Source: Methanomassiliicoccaceae archaeon (GTDB lineage Archaea > Thermoplasmatota > Thermoplasmata > Methanomassiliicoccales > Methanomassiliicoccaceae). From it: a stretch of 64,000 bases of DNA. This document shows positions 31,121 to 41,974 of the stretch, piece by piece. The notes below the pieces were generated by a model, which searched no databases, had not been told where the DNA came from, and saw only the letters and a list, made by a program, of their open reading frames with translations. The translations under genes and the position numbers were made by a program. Location: positions 32,001 through 96,000 of the forward strand of contig CAVSJV010000013.1 of NCBI GenBank assembly GCA_963728405.1. Reading direction: 5' to 3'. Position 1 is the stretch's first letter; each line of letters opens with the position of its first letter.

Positions 31121-31663
31121 ATGAAAGGGTTAGAAATGCCGGTCGAGACATTGGCCTTCGTGGTCCTAGGGGAACCGTCTCCCGAGGGGAGCACCAAAGC
31201 ATTCTACATCAAGAAGCTCAATCGGACGGTCACCACTCACCAGAACCAGAAGAGCCTGGAGGCCTGGAGGAACAGGGTCGCCACCGAGGCCCAGCGTGTA
31301 CTCGAGGGGAGAGAGTGGACCGCCGATAATTGTTCCGCTTACATCGTGGATGTGGAGTTCATCCTCTCCCGCCCCCCCTCGGTCCCGGAGCATAAGCGCA
31401 AGCATCCTATCGTCAAACCGGATATCGATAAACTGGTGCGTGCGGTGAACGATGCTCTCACCGGTATACTGTTTGTCGACGATTGCCAGGTCGTGTCCAT
31501 GGCCATTTCTAAGGATTATGGTCGGGATCGGCGTCCTGGGGCTTACATCGAGGTGTCCCGCTACCCGAACCAGGCCGAGAGGCCAAAGAGCAGTAGAAAG
31601 CGGGCCCTGGCGTTTGTATCTTCTTTGGAGGAATGCACCTCCGATGACCCCCGGGACGATTAG
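31121..31663 (+). CDS. rusA: RusA family Holliday junction resolvase
   Basis: GEPSPEGS, KPDIDKLVRAVNDALTGILFVDDCQVV...K.Y. Confidence 0.85.
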   Translation: MKGLEMPVETLAFVVLGEPSPEGSTKAFYIKKLNRTVTTHQNQKSLEAWRNRVATEAQRVLEGREWTADNCSAYIVDVEFILSRPPSVPEHKRKHPIVKPDIDKLVRAVNDALTGILFVDDCQVVSMAISKDYGRDRRPGAYIEVSRYPNQAERPKSSRKRALAFVSSLEECTSDDPRDD

Positions 31664-31796
31664 TTCTCGGGCATTTTAATCCGCCTAATGGGCCAACCTG
31701 TTGATCACGATCGTTCCGTTGTGGACCATGGGTACCCTATCGCCACAAATGTAATATTGGAAATGAAAAAAAATGTTTGGATGGGCCGTTTCCAGC

Positions 31797-33113
31797 TCAA
31801 GGCACTAGCCGGATGCGGTCACGGGGGAACAGGATGGTCTCCCTGATATTGGGTAGGTTGAGCATCTTCTGCACCATCCTCTCCACCCCTAAGCCCCAGC
31901 CACCATGAGGAGGCATGCCGAACTGGAAGGCGTCGAGATAGAAGCGGAAGGACTCCGGGTCCAGCCCCTTTTTCTGCATGCGCGCTACCAGGTGATCGTA
32001 GCGGTGCTCCCTTTGTCCGCCCGATGAGATCTCCTGGCCCTTGTAATCGAGGTCAAAAGAGTAGGAGTATGGGGTCCCGTCCTTTTCCATGATATAGAAC
32101 GGCTTCGCTTCTTCGGGGTACTCGATAATCCAGTACATGTCGTACCCCCTTTCCTTCATGACCTCACCAAGTGCTTTCTCGCCCTCGGTCCCCAGGTCGT
32201 CGCCCAGCTTGATATTCATGCCGGTGCCTTGGACCATCTCCACCGCGTCCTTGTACTCGATAACCGGGTAGGGTGCCTTAGGCACCGATATGGTGGTGTT
32301 AAGTATCTCCAGTTGCGCCTTGGCCTTTGTCTCTACGCCCTTAATGACCGACATGGTACACCGTTCGATGACGTCCAGCACATCACTCATCGATTCGATG
32401 AAGGCCATCTCGCCATCAAAGGAGATGAACTCCGAGACATGCCGGGCCGTATCGGACGGTTCGGCCCGGAATGCAGGGCCGATCTCGAACACGCGGTCCA
32501 GTCCGGTTGACATGAGCATCTGCTTGTACAGCTGGGGGGACTGTGCCAAGTAAGCGGTCTTGTCAAAATATTTCACCTTGAACAGGGTCGCGCCGCCCTC
32601 GGCGCCGGAAGCAACGATCTTGGGGGTGAACACCTCGGAGAAGCCTTCATCCACCAGGAACTGATCTATCAGGCCGAGGGTCAAGGACTTGATCTCGAAT
32701 ACCGCGCGGATCTCCGGCTTGCGCAGGTCCATGAACCGGTGATCGAACCGTGTGTCCGCTTCTACGTTGACCTTGTCCACCACACCCATGAGCAGCGGGG
32801 ATGCCGCAACGCTGAGGACCTCGATGGTAGAGGGAATTATCTCCACACCGCCCTTGACCTGGTTGGCGCTCTTGGCCGTGCCGGTCACCTTAACCACCGA
32901 CTCGCGGGCCAACGATGTCAGGGTGGTCATGACCTCGGGGGCGATCTTCTTCTTAGGAGCAGTGATTTGAACGGTCCCATAACGGTCCCTGATGATGAGG
33001 AACGATATCCCACCCAGGTTCCTGATCTCCTGGGCCCAGCCCTTCACCACAACCTCCTTCTCCGCGTCGGCCGGGGAGAGGGACCTGGAATTGCGCAGCG
33101 TCGATTCGCTCAT
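31797..33113 (-). CDS. aspS: Aspartate-tRNA ligase (archaeal type)
   Basis: GWAQEIRNLGGISF, YLAQSPQLYKQ, FRAE, EISSGGQR, PPHGGWGLGVER, FPRD. Confidence 0.95.
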   Translation of the reverse strand: MSESTLRNSRSLSPADAEKEVVVKGWAQEIRNLGGISFLIIRDRYGTVQITAPKKKIAPEVMTTLTSLARESVVKVTGTAKSANQVKGGVEIIPSTIEVLSVAASPLLMGVVDKVNVEADTRFDHRFMDLRKPEIRAVFEIKSLTLGLIDQFLVDEGFSEVFTPKIVASGAEGGATLFKVKYFDKTAYLAQSPQLYKQMLMSTGLDRVFEIGPAFRAEPSDTARHVSEFISFDGEMAFIESMSDVLDVIERCTMSVIKGVETKAKAQLEILNTTISVPKAPYPVIEYKDAVEMVQGTGMNIKLGDDLGTEGEKALGEVMKERGYDMYWIIEYPEEAKPFYIMEKDGTPYSYSFDLDYKGQEISSGGQREHRYDHLVARMQKKGLDPESFRFYLDAFQFGMPPHGGWGLGVERMVQKMLNLPNIRETILFPRDRIRLVP

Positions 33114-33391
33114 TCGATTACCGGGCCGTGGATGGCCTGGGGCACTATAAAACTGATGTCGCGTAACATCGGTAGCTTCTAGCGGGATCGATCGGTGAGC
33201 TTGTTCGATCAGATTCGTGTAAGGCATTGTATGTCCATGGTCCCGGACGAACGACCGTACTGGTCATCGAAGGCACTGCACCACGGCCCTACACCTAGCC
33301 CTTTGGTAATGATGGTCAGGCGAGAGATGTAGGGGCAGGAAAACCATCGACCAAAATTAATATAGTCGGTCGATTGCCAATAGTCGATACC

Positions 33392-33621
33392 ATGTCCGTC
33401 AACGTCGAGATCGACCAGGATGCTTGCATCCAGTGTGGGAGATGTTATAATGATGAATGTCCAAATGTGTTCAAGGAGGGCGAGGACGGTACATCGGAGG
33501 TCGTAGAGCAATATCGAGATGGAGGAAGCTCGGGAAGGGTAAGGTACCGGACGACTTGTTCGATTGCGCGAGCAAGGGTGCCGAGGCCTGCCCCGTAACG
33601 TGCATCACGGTCAGCAAATAG
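33392..33621 (+). CDS. Monocluster ferredoxin, frameshift near 33535
   Basis: DQDACIQCGRCYNDECPNVF; after the shift, GKVPDDLFDCASKGAEACPVTCITVSK*. Confidence 0.85.
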
Positions 33622-33740
33622 GTTGAAAATCGATACATGCTGGAATCTGAACGGTCCCATCGGGTGGAAAGCTATGATGGAACCCTACTAACTATTTATA
33701 TGGAAAGCAATATTTCGAGCGTATACTGAGGGGAAAGTAA

Positions 33741-34883
33741 ATGTCAGACAGGGTAACTGTATCAGTTATCAAGGCCGACGTCGGTTCGGTCGGCGGCCAC
33801 GCCCGCCCTCATCCGCTGATGATGACCAAGTGCGAGGAACGCCTCGCTGACGGCCTGAAGGCCGGAACGATCGATGATTTCTATGTCACCCGGGTAGGTG
33901 ATGATATCAACCTGTTCCTCGCCCACACCCGTGGGGAGAACAACCGCGACATTCACGGCCTCTGTTGGGAAGCGTTCATGGACGCTACCAAGGAAGCCAA
34001 GCGAATGAAGCTCTACGCGGCCGGTCAGGACCTATTGACCGATGCATTCTCGGGCAACGTCCGTGGTGCGGGGCCCGGAGCTGCGGAGATGGAGTTCAAG
34101 GAAAGAGGAGCCGAGCCGATCGTGTTCTTCATGGCTGACAAGACCGAGCCATCGTCCTACTCTCTTCCGTTGTGCAGGACCTACATGGACCCGTTCACGA
34201 CCACCGGGTTGGTAATCGACCCGCGGGCCCACGAGGGCTTCAAGTTCGAGATAGTGGATGTCTGCGACTCCAAGAAAGTGATAATGACCACTCCCGACGA
34301 GACGTATGATATCCTGACCCTACTGGGCGATACCACCAGGTATGCCATAAAGAAGATATGGTCCAAGGACCCGTCCATCGGTCTCGGTGCTGTGGTCTCG
34401 ACCGAGAAGCTCAACATCTCTGCTGGCAAGTATGTCGGCAAGGACGACCCGGTCTGCGTATGCCGTGCTCAGAGCGGCCTACCTGCGGTCGGAGAGATCC
34501 TGCAGCCCTACATGTTCCCGGCATTGGTCTCCGGCTGGATGAGGGGCTCCCACTATGGTGGCTGGTATCCCTGCTCGGTGGCCGATTCCGATCCGACCTA
34601 CTTCGACGGCCCCCCACGCATCTGCGCGGTCGGCCTGCACATGAGCAACGGCAAGTTCCAGGGTCTCGAGAACCCCGGCTCACCGCCCGGATTCCATACT
34701 CCATTGGACTATTTTGCCGGCAGCTGCTGGGACGAGGCCAGGAAGGGAGCAGTAAAGGCTTCTATCTACATGCGCCGCCACGGTCCGTTCATGCCTGCCG
34801 TGCTCGGTCCTGAGGAGATGGAATACACCACTCGCCCGGCCGTGCTCAAGAAGCTGAAGGAAAGGATGGAAAAACTTGACTAG
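33741..34883 (+). CDS. fbp: Fructose-1,6-bisphosphate aldolase/phosphatase
   Basis: SVIKADVGSVGGH, GDD, YAAGQDLL.DAFSGNVRG.GPG, DKTEP, YVGKDDP, GWMRGSH. Confidence 0.96.
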   Translation: MSDRVTVSVIKADVGSVGGHARPHPLMMTKCEERLADGLKAGTIDDFYVTRVGDDINLFLAHTRGENNRDIHGLCWEAFMDATKEAKRMKLYAAGQDLLTDAFSGNVRGAGPGAAEMEFKERGAEPIVFFMADKTEPSSYSLPLCRTYMDPFTTTGLVIDPRAHEGFKFEIVDVCDSKKVIMTTPDETYDILTLLGDTTRYAIKKIWSKDPSIGLGAVVSTEKLNISAGKYVGKDDPVCVCRAQSGLPAVGEILQPYMFPALVSGWMRGSHYGGWYPCSVADSDPTYFDGPPRICAVGLHMSNGKFQGLENPGSPPGFHTPLDYFAGSCWDEARKGAVKASIYMRRHGPFMPAVLGPEEMEYTTRPAVLKKLKERMEKLD

Positions 34884-35554
34884 ACTGCGAACGCCGGTGG
34901 TCATGGTCAACTTCAAGGCCTATGCCGAGGTCGAGGGCCCCCGATCCGTGGCCCTGGCCGAAGCGTGCCAAGAAGTGTCCGATGACACCGGCATAATTAT
35001 CGCGGTCTGCCCGCCCACTACGGAGCTGGCCGCCGTGGCGAAAGCGGTCACCGTTCCGGTCTTTGCTCAGCATGTCGATGCCCGGAAACCCGGCCCGGCC
35101 ACTGGGTGGACGACCCCGGAGCTGGTAAAGGCCTCCGGTGCGGCAGGCACAGTTGCTCAATCACTCGGAACATCGCATGGTCCTAGCCGATCTGTCTTTG
35201 GCCATCGAATTGTGCAAGGCATCGGGCCTGGGCACCTGCGTGTGCACTGATACTGAGGCCACTTCGGCCGCAGCAGCCTCATTGGACCCGGATTTCATCG
35301 CCGTCGAGCCTCCCGAGCTCATCGGCGGGGACATATCGGTAACTGACGCCCAACCGGAGATCATATCTAATGTGGTCATGGCGGTACGACGGATCGATGA
35401 GGGCATAGGGGTCCTATGCGGGGCCGGAGTGAAGAATGGCAAGGACGTCAAGAAGGCTATAGAGCTTGGCGCGTCCGGGGTCCTGTTGGCCTCTGGAGTG
35501 GTCAAGTCTAAGGAGCCCAGAAAGGTCCTGGCCGATCTGGTACAATATCTTTGA
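34876..35554 (+). CDS. tpiA: Triosephosphate isomerase (archaeal), frameshift near 35150
   Basis: VNFKAY, AQHVD, TG; then LLNHSEHR, AVEPPELIG, LCGAGV, GVLLASGVVK. Confidence 0.93.
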
Positions 35555-35617
35555 TAATCTTTTCGGTCTAACTGTAGTGGATCATTCTATCCCGTCGCCT
35601 CGCCGGTATCGTGGTCG

Positions 35618-37624
35618 ATGAGGGGTCTGTCCATCTTGGTCCTGCTGGTGCTCATTCTCCCCATAACCCAGCCTGGCCCCTCATCCCTCTCAGGTATCGG
35701 GACCTCCATTCCCTCTCTGGCGGGCGAGATCGCTTTAGATCAGCCACCCTCTGATGTTAGATTAATATTGACAGAGATATGCCCCGGTCATCCGACCGAA
35801 TACATGATCATCACCAATGAGGGGGAGGACATTTCCGTCCGGGGAGTGACCGTTACTGATGGAGAGGGCAACATCACCATTCTTACCGAGATAGTCCTAC
35901 CAAGGGGCGGCTCGTTAGCCTTGGCATGCGACCGGTCCGTTTTCCAGACATTATACCCGGAGATGATGTGTCTGGAAGAGGGGAACACGAATCTCTCCTG
36001 GGGTGGACGCTTCACCCTGGCCGATGCGGGGGATGAGGTGATTTTGTCCTATGCCGACGGCACGATCCTTGATGTGGCGGTCTACGGTGGCTCTCAATAC
36101 TCTGGTCCTGGATGGAGTGGACTGGCGATCGAAGGGGCCGCTAAATCCCACGCCCTGGTGAGGTCCGGTCCCGATACCAACACGGCATCGGACTGGAGCG
36201 TCGAACCGCCTGGACGGTCTGATTTCTTGAAGATGACCTTTGAGGCGATAGTCGAGCCGTTCTCGATCCCAGAAAATGCCGCTGAACGACTACTACGCGA
36301 GCTTGACATGGCCTCACGGAGCGTGAAGTGTTCGGTCTATGAGCTAACCGACCCGGCGATCGTTAATGCTCTCGCCAGGTGCTCCCGCCGCGGTCTTGAT
36401 GTTAACGTGCTCATCGAAGGGCAGCCCGTGGGCGGTCTATCGAACGCATCTCTCAGTGCCATATCGACCCTGCGAGCTGCCAATGCGGAGGTCAAGGAGC
36501 TGCGATCCACCGACTCGTACAAGCGCTACGATTACCTCCATGCCAAGTATATGGTCCTGGACGGCCGGCGGGTCGTGGTTATGTCGGAGAACTGGGGAAG
36601 AGGCCTCTACAACAACCGGGGGTGGGGAGCATGCCTGGACGGCGTGGGAATCGCTGGATACTACAATAGTGTGTTCGAAGCCGACTTCTTCGGTCCTCTC
36701 GACATATGTCAACCAGAGGTCAATGCCCCTACATTGGCATCGGTCGAAACGGAATCTAGTGGTTCCGAAGAACTCGTTCGTTATCGTTGTCAGGTCACAA
36801 CCATCCTATCCCCGGACTATTCGGGTGGAGCGCTACATGAACTGATTGCCACCGCCAAGGAAACAATCCTGGTCGAACAAATGTCAGTCGATAAACTCTG
36901 GTTATCCGGTCCGAGCCTCGTGGCCGATCTGATATCTGCGGCTGCCCGAGGGGTAAAGGTCCGTGTGTTGCTGGACACCTCCTGGGGAGGCGGCGACAAT
37001 GGACTGGTGGCCGAAACCCTTAACGATCTTGCGGCGAGGAACGGCCTGGACCTGGAGGTTCGGTTGATATCCGAGTATCATGGTCTGTCGGTGATGCATA
37101 ACAAGGGGCTGATCGTTGATGACCGGACGGTCATTTCTTCTATCAACTGGGGAGACTGTGCCGTCTACCAGAACCGTGAGGCTGGGGTAATCATTGCATC
37201 TCTTCCGATAACCGATTATTTCGCGAACCTGTTCTGGATGGATTGGAACATCGATCCGATCCCGCCCAGGGCGATACTGCCGTGGACCTATCTGCAGGTC
37301 AACTCGGGGGAACCCGTTTTCATGGATGCCAGCGGCTCGACCGATAATGGCGGAAAGCTATTCTTCGAGTGGGATGTCAACGGGGATGGGTCCTCCGAGA
37401 ACGCCTCATCGTCCTGGGTGGCCCTCCTGCCTGAAGGGAACAATACCATCGTCCTGACCGTACGAGATAGGGGCAACAATACGGCCACAGCGATGTGCTG
37501 GGTGGAGGTGCTGCCCGTCACGAACGACAGCTCCTCGTTCCCACTTTTGCTCATGGCATTGCCCATCTTAGTGCTGGTGTCGATAATCATATTGAAAAAG
37601 ATTATCCGGGAGAAGAGATATTGA
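35618..37624 (+). CDS. Exported phospholipase D family protein with lamin-tail-like and PKD-like domains
   Basis: Two HKD motifs (HAKYMVLD, HNKGLIVD), signal peptide, DASGSTD...WDVNGDG and a C-terminal TM helix. Confidence 0.88.
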   Translation: MRGLSILVLLVLILPITQPGPSSLSGIGTSIPSLAGEIALDQPPSDVRLILTEICPGHPTEYMIITNEGEDISVRGVTVTDGEGNITILTEIVLPRGGSLALACDRSVFQTLYPEMMCLEEGNTNLSWGGRFTLADAGDEVILSYADGTILDVAVYGGSQYSGPGWSGLAIEGAAKSHALVRSGPDTNTASDWSVEPPGRSDFLKMTFEAIVEPFSIPENAAERLLRELDMASRSVKCSVYELTDPAIVNALARCSRRGLDVNVLIEGQPVGGLSNASLSAISTLRAANAEVKELRSTDSYKRYDYLHAKYMVLDGRRVVVMSENWGRGLYNNRGWGACLDGVGIAGYYNSVFEADFFGPLDICQPEVNAPTLASVETESSGSEELVRYRCQVTTILSPDYSGGALHELIATAKETILVEQMSVDKLWLSGPSLVADLISAAARGVKVRVLLDTSWGGGDNGLVAETLNDLAARNGLDLEVRLISEYHGLSVMHNKGLIVDDRTVISSINWGDCAVYQNREAGVIIASLPITDYFANLFWMDWNIDPIPPRAILPWTYLQVNSGEPVFMDASGSTDNGGKLFFEWDVNGDGSSENASSSWVALLPEGNNTIVLTVRDRGNNTATAMCWVEVLPVTNDSSSFPLLLMALPILVLVSIIILKKIIREKRY

Positions 37625-37631
37625 TTAGCCG

Positions 37632-38066
37632 TTGTATCTGAGAGGATTCTCCGCTAGCGACCTTACTTCGGTCTACGATCTAGCCTGTTACACTTTGAGC
37701 GAGAGATACGATCCAAACATCTTCACCTCGATATCTGCAGCATGGCCGGAAGGATTCACAGTGGTAGAGAGCCCCTGGGGAATCAAAGCGTTCCTTCTGG
37801 GGGTCATGACCTCCTCGGTCCATTCCCGGGTCCTGATGCTGACGGTGGCGCCGGAAATGAGGAGGAAAGGGGTCGGGACCATGCTAATGAATCGCTTCAT
37901 GGAGGAGAGCATCAAAAAGGGGGCCAAGGTCCTGACTCTGGAGGTCCGGAGAGGTAACGTCATAGCGATGGAGTTCTACAAGAAGTTCGGGTTCCAACCA
38001 ATCGATGTGATAAAGGGTTATTACAACGATGGTGAGGACGCTTACCAGATGCAGATGTTCATCTGA
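37632..38066 (+). CDS. RimI/Ard1-like N-acetyltransferase
   Basis: VAPEMRRKGVG, LEVRRGN..A..FYKKFGF, YYNDGEDAY.M. Confidence 0.88.
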   Translation: MYLRGFSASDLTSVYDLACYTLSERYDPNIFTSISAAWPEGFTVVESPWGIKAFLLGVMTSSVHSRVLMLTVAPEMRRKGVGTMLMNRFMEESIKKGAKVLTLEVRRGNVIAMEFYKKFGFQPIDVIKGYYNDGEDAYQMQMFI

Positions 38067-38067
38067 C

Positions 38068-39601
38068 CTAGTGGTAGGCCTGGTCGTCCCGAATATGTTC
38101 GTTCCAGAAATAGTACGGGGAGCGCTCCTTCTGTGCTGAAGATATGTCCGTTCCCAGCCCTTTCATGTACTGTACCATACCGCTCGCGAATCTGCTCCTC
38201 TGCGGTCCGGCTCCGCTTCTGGGCGGCCGCCACGTGCCGTTCATCTATGACCGTGTCGCCGAGGGAGATGGCCAGATCGCCCGCCGTGCGGATGAGGCCT
38301 CCGAGCTCACGCAGTCTGAGGGTCAGGGCGTTTTCCTTGCCATCGGAGAGCCTGGCGCGGACCTTGGCCTCCTTGATGATCGCGTCGACCGCCGACCGGG
38401 TAGCATGTGGTATCTTCCCATCGGTAATGATCTCTTGAGCGATGAACTGGGCGATACGGGCGCGGTTAAGATCGTTGTCCTCCATGAAGGTCTCGACCAG
38501 GACCTCGTACCCGTCCCCGTTGATCCTCGACCTCAGGGGTGAGAGCACCTGCTCTAGATCTTGTATGTTGCACGCTCCGACCAGGATGAAATTGGCCGGG
38601 ACCGCGTCGACCTTGACCGATGCGCCAGCCGACTGGGGATTGCGTCCAGAGATCGGCGCGCGTTTCTCCTGCATTGCAGTAAGGATCAGACGCTGTATGG
38701 GGCCCAGATGGGAGATCTCGTCCAGGAATAGGACGCCCTCATGGGCCTCGTGAATGGCACCGGGGATAACTCGTTCGTAAGGCTGTGTGCCCAATGAAAG
38801 ATGGCCACCGAAGGGGTCATGCCGGACATCACCGAGAAGCTCCGTTTCTGAGGCCCCGGTCGCAAGCACGAACGGGTTGCGTTCTAAGGGCACCAGGACC
38901 TTGCGGGGGCGTTGCTTTTCGAATTCTCGTCGCCGTTCCAACGCACCCTGGTCCAACACCCGGATCATCTCGCCGGCCCGTTCGAAGACCACCACCTCTT
39001 CCTTGTCAAAGCGCTTGCGGGTGGTGGTGACCTTCTCTTTACCGGCATTGAGACCGGGAGCGGCCCCTGCCATCGATTCCATAAGATTGCCCAGCAGGTC
39101 GCCGAACGGATTTCCTGGCTGGACCCCGGTATCGATCTTGGGCTTTTCGCACTTGGGACAGATACGTTCCTGCGGGGATGAATAGGTCCCACAGTTGCGG
39201 CAGCGGTAGGCGAGCCGCTCGGCCACGTTGGCCGGGGCGGCCTGGGGCTCGATAAGCTCGCCTTCCGCTGATCCCCGGGTCTCCCGTTCCCTAAGGATCT
39301 CATCCTCGCGCTTTACCTCCACCAGCGGCCGCTCGGGGTTCTCCGGATTATGGACGATCCGGATCTCCTCACGGGGTTTGGGAAGGTAAAGAGCGAGGGC
39401 CTGAGCGATCATGGACTTTCCAGTACCCGGCGGGCCGACCAGCAGGAGATGTCTCCTTTGCTTGGCAGCGATCCGCGCGAGCTCCACCGCTTCATCCTGT
39501 CCGATGACTCTCCTGAGGGGGTCCTTCGGTATGGCGATATCTGCGGTTGTGGTGATGGACCTGAGGTCCATCTCCTTCTGGATGTCCACTTTTTCGCTCA
39601 T
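38068..39601 (-). CDS. LonB-related AAA+ ATPase without protease domain, frameshift near 38170
   Basis: [50 protein letters not shown]. The corrected end reads ...[11 protein letters not shown]. Confidence 0.85.
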
Positions 39602-41125
39602 TCGTTCAGGTCTTCCTTGGTCCAGATCTCCACCGCAGCGGGCTGCTTGGTGATGTTGCCCATCTTGGTGCCCACGATGGTGGTGATCTTGTTGTCGGCT
39701 GCGATGTCCAGGATCCTCTGGGTGATTATCCCATCGAAAACGACCGCGCTCACTCCCTTCCCATTGGCCTTCAGAGTGTTGACCAATTCTCTGACCGGAA
39801 CCTCCTTGATGACCTCGCCGGCCGTATCCATTATTCTGGCCTTGGAGGTGGCGGAAAGATCGTTGATGATTGCCTTATAGCGCACCTGGGCCTCGGACAG
39901 CTTCTTGGTAGGCTCGATCTCGACCGGCTCCGGCTCGTAGGATTGTTCTACGCTCTTCTCGGGTAGGGCAGCGACCGGCTCGACGACGGGTAGCTCCTTC
40001 ACCGGTTCGCGCGGTTCCTTGGGTTCGCGGGATTCGCGCGGTTCACGGCGTTCCTTGCGGTCCCGGGGCTCGCGGTGGGGGCGCTCAGAAGGCTTCTCTT
40101 GAGGTCGTTCCTGGGGACGTTCTTGAGTACGCTCCGAAGGCCTCTCCTGGGCCCGTTCCTGGGAACGCTGCTCCACGGGAACCTCCTCCCTAGGCTCACG
40201 GAACTCCCTCTCCCGCTGCTGTTCGCCGCGGGGTTGCTCCTTGGGGGCGCGCTCCTCGCGGGGCTCGGCGACGGGCTTTCCGTTCTCCGTGGACATCCCA
40301 TACATCTCCATGAACTGCTCGCCGGGGATCTTATTCCGGAGGCATTTCATGATCTGTTTCTGGGTCAGCTCCTCGACCTCCATACCGCGCGGGGCGCGGG
40401 CGACGAAGTCCACTTCGGCCACCTGGAACAGCTCACGCAGGATGAGCTCTCCGCCCCTGTCGCCGTCGACGAAGGCAGTAATGACCCTCTCCTTGCTGAG
40501 ATCCATGACGGTCTTCGGGACATTAGTACCCTCAACGGCGATGGCGTTCTTGATGCCCGACTTGAGCAGGTTCAGGACGGTCCGACCTTCCTTCCACAAT
40601 GATGATAGCGTCGCTGTCGGTGACGTTCGGACCAGCAGGCAAGCGCTCCTTGCCATAGTGAATGATCTCCTCGGTCTGAACGCTCTGACGGACACTTTCG
40701 GTCAGATCGATGCCGGAGGTCTTGGACTGCTTTATCAGCTCGGTGAGCAGTTCCTTGGCCCTCTCGATGATCTTGGACCTCTTGGTGATCCGGACATCCT
40801 CGATGCTCAGGACGTTTATCTTGGCCTTGCACGGCCCCACGCGGTCGATAGTCTCTAGCGCGGAAGCCAGAATAACGGTCTCAACTTGATCAAGACTTGA
40901 CGGTATGAGGACCTCACCGTCGGACTTGCCCTGCTTGGAGCTTACATCGACCTCGATGCGGCCGATACGGCCACTCTTCTGTAGGTCTCTTAGGTCCAGC
41001 TCGTCGCCCAGCAATCCTTCGGTCTGTCCAAAAATTGCACCTACCACGTCCGGCTTCTCGACGATACCGTCGGCCTGAAGCCTGGCTTTGATCATGTACT
41101 TGGTAGTGCTAGGATCGATGTTCAT
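39598..41125 (-). CDS. dnaG: Archaeal DnaG primase-like protein, frameshift near 40580
   Basis: [46 protein letters not shown] and FDGIITQR. Confidence 0.94.
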
Positions 41126-41418
41126 AGGGTTACACCTCTTATATCTCGAAAACGGCGTCCATACGACCAAAGATCACGCTGGTCTATCGAATTTCTTTGC
41201 CAGGTGAACTGTCCAGTATCGACTGTACAGAACCCGACCTTGTTTTATTACAACTCGCATTCGTGCGAGATGTGATGATGATAGTGAGCATGAAATCAGT
41301 CTAGTGAGGAAGTCGTTTCGACCCCGATAGGGTCCAATGTTGCTTATAAACCTTTCTGGGGCAGTATGACCTTTTAGATTACTGATATCCGTTCAGATAG
41401 GCATGAGCCAGATATCAA

Positions 41419-41619
41419 TCAACCACCCGATGCTACCTTGATGATCTTGATCGATTCTCCGTCGATAAGTTTCTCATCGACCGGTATTGGCATTCGACCC
41501 CTCAGAACGATATGGGCATCCGGCAAAAGTCTTAGCATGTCCAAAACGTTCTGAGGTGTAGAATTGTCGCCTAGTTCGATGACCTCGTCGCTTTTCGCCA
41601 TCAGCACGCGGACCCTCAT
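41419..41619 (-). CDS. MoaD/ThiS/SAMP ubiquitin-like protein
   Basis: 66 aa with a beta-grasp pattern, ending IIKVASGG. Confidence 0.85.
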   Translation of the reverse strand: MRVRVLMAKSDEVIELGDNSTPQNVLDMLRLLPDAHIVLRGRMPIPVDEKLIDGESIKIIKVASGG

Positions 41620-41788
41620 TGGCCCTTGCACGCACCGGTAGGACATGATTCTTTCCCCATCATTTAGGTCGTTCGATGCTCCCTGAGTCCCCCGATCTTC
41701 AATCGGCACCGGGCCAGAGGCGTGGATGGGGGCGATAGCTTCCCCTAACAGTTAATATCATGGACTGGCAGGATGACCGGGGTAATAA

Positions 41789-41974
41789 ATGGCCGATGCT
41801 AAACAAATCACATGTTCATGTGGGTGGACGTTGATCTCCCCATTGGGAGAGGACGACGCCCACAAGTGTGCTGAGATGCACGCGAACGAACACCACTCCG
41901 AAATGAATCTGAGCCGGGACCAGTTAAAGAATTTGATCAGATCCGTTCAGTTACTCCAGGCAAGGTCGATGTGA
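41789..41974 (+). CDS. Small metal-binding protein (DUF1059-like)
   Basis: CSCGW...HANEHH in 61 aa; TATA-like TTAATAT upstream. Confidence 0.65.
   Translation: MADAKQITCSCGWTLISPLGEDDAHKCAEMHANEHHSEMNLSRDQLKNLIRSVQLLQARSM

Noticed and set aside
34876-41125. Programmed frameshifting or pseudogenisation of tpiA, dnaG, the Lon-like gene and others
   Set aside because: The breaks lack a common slippery motif, occur in both directions and hit essential genes. Assembly error is the simpler explanation.
41272-41330. C/D box sRNA (GTGATGA...GTGAGGA...CCGA)
   Set aside because: No canonical CTGA D or D' box and no target verifiable. The region is probably the dnaG leader on the opposite strand.
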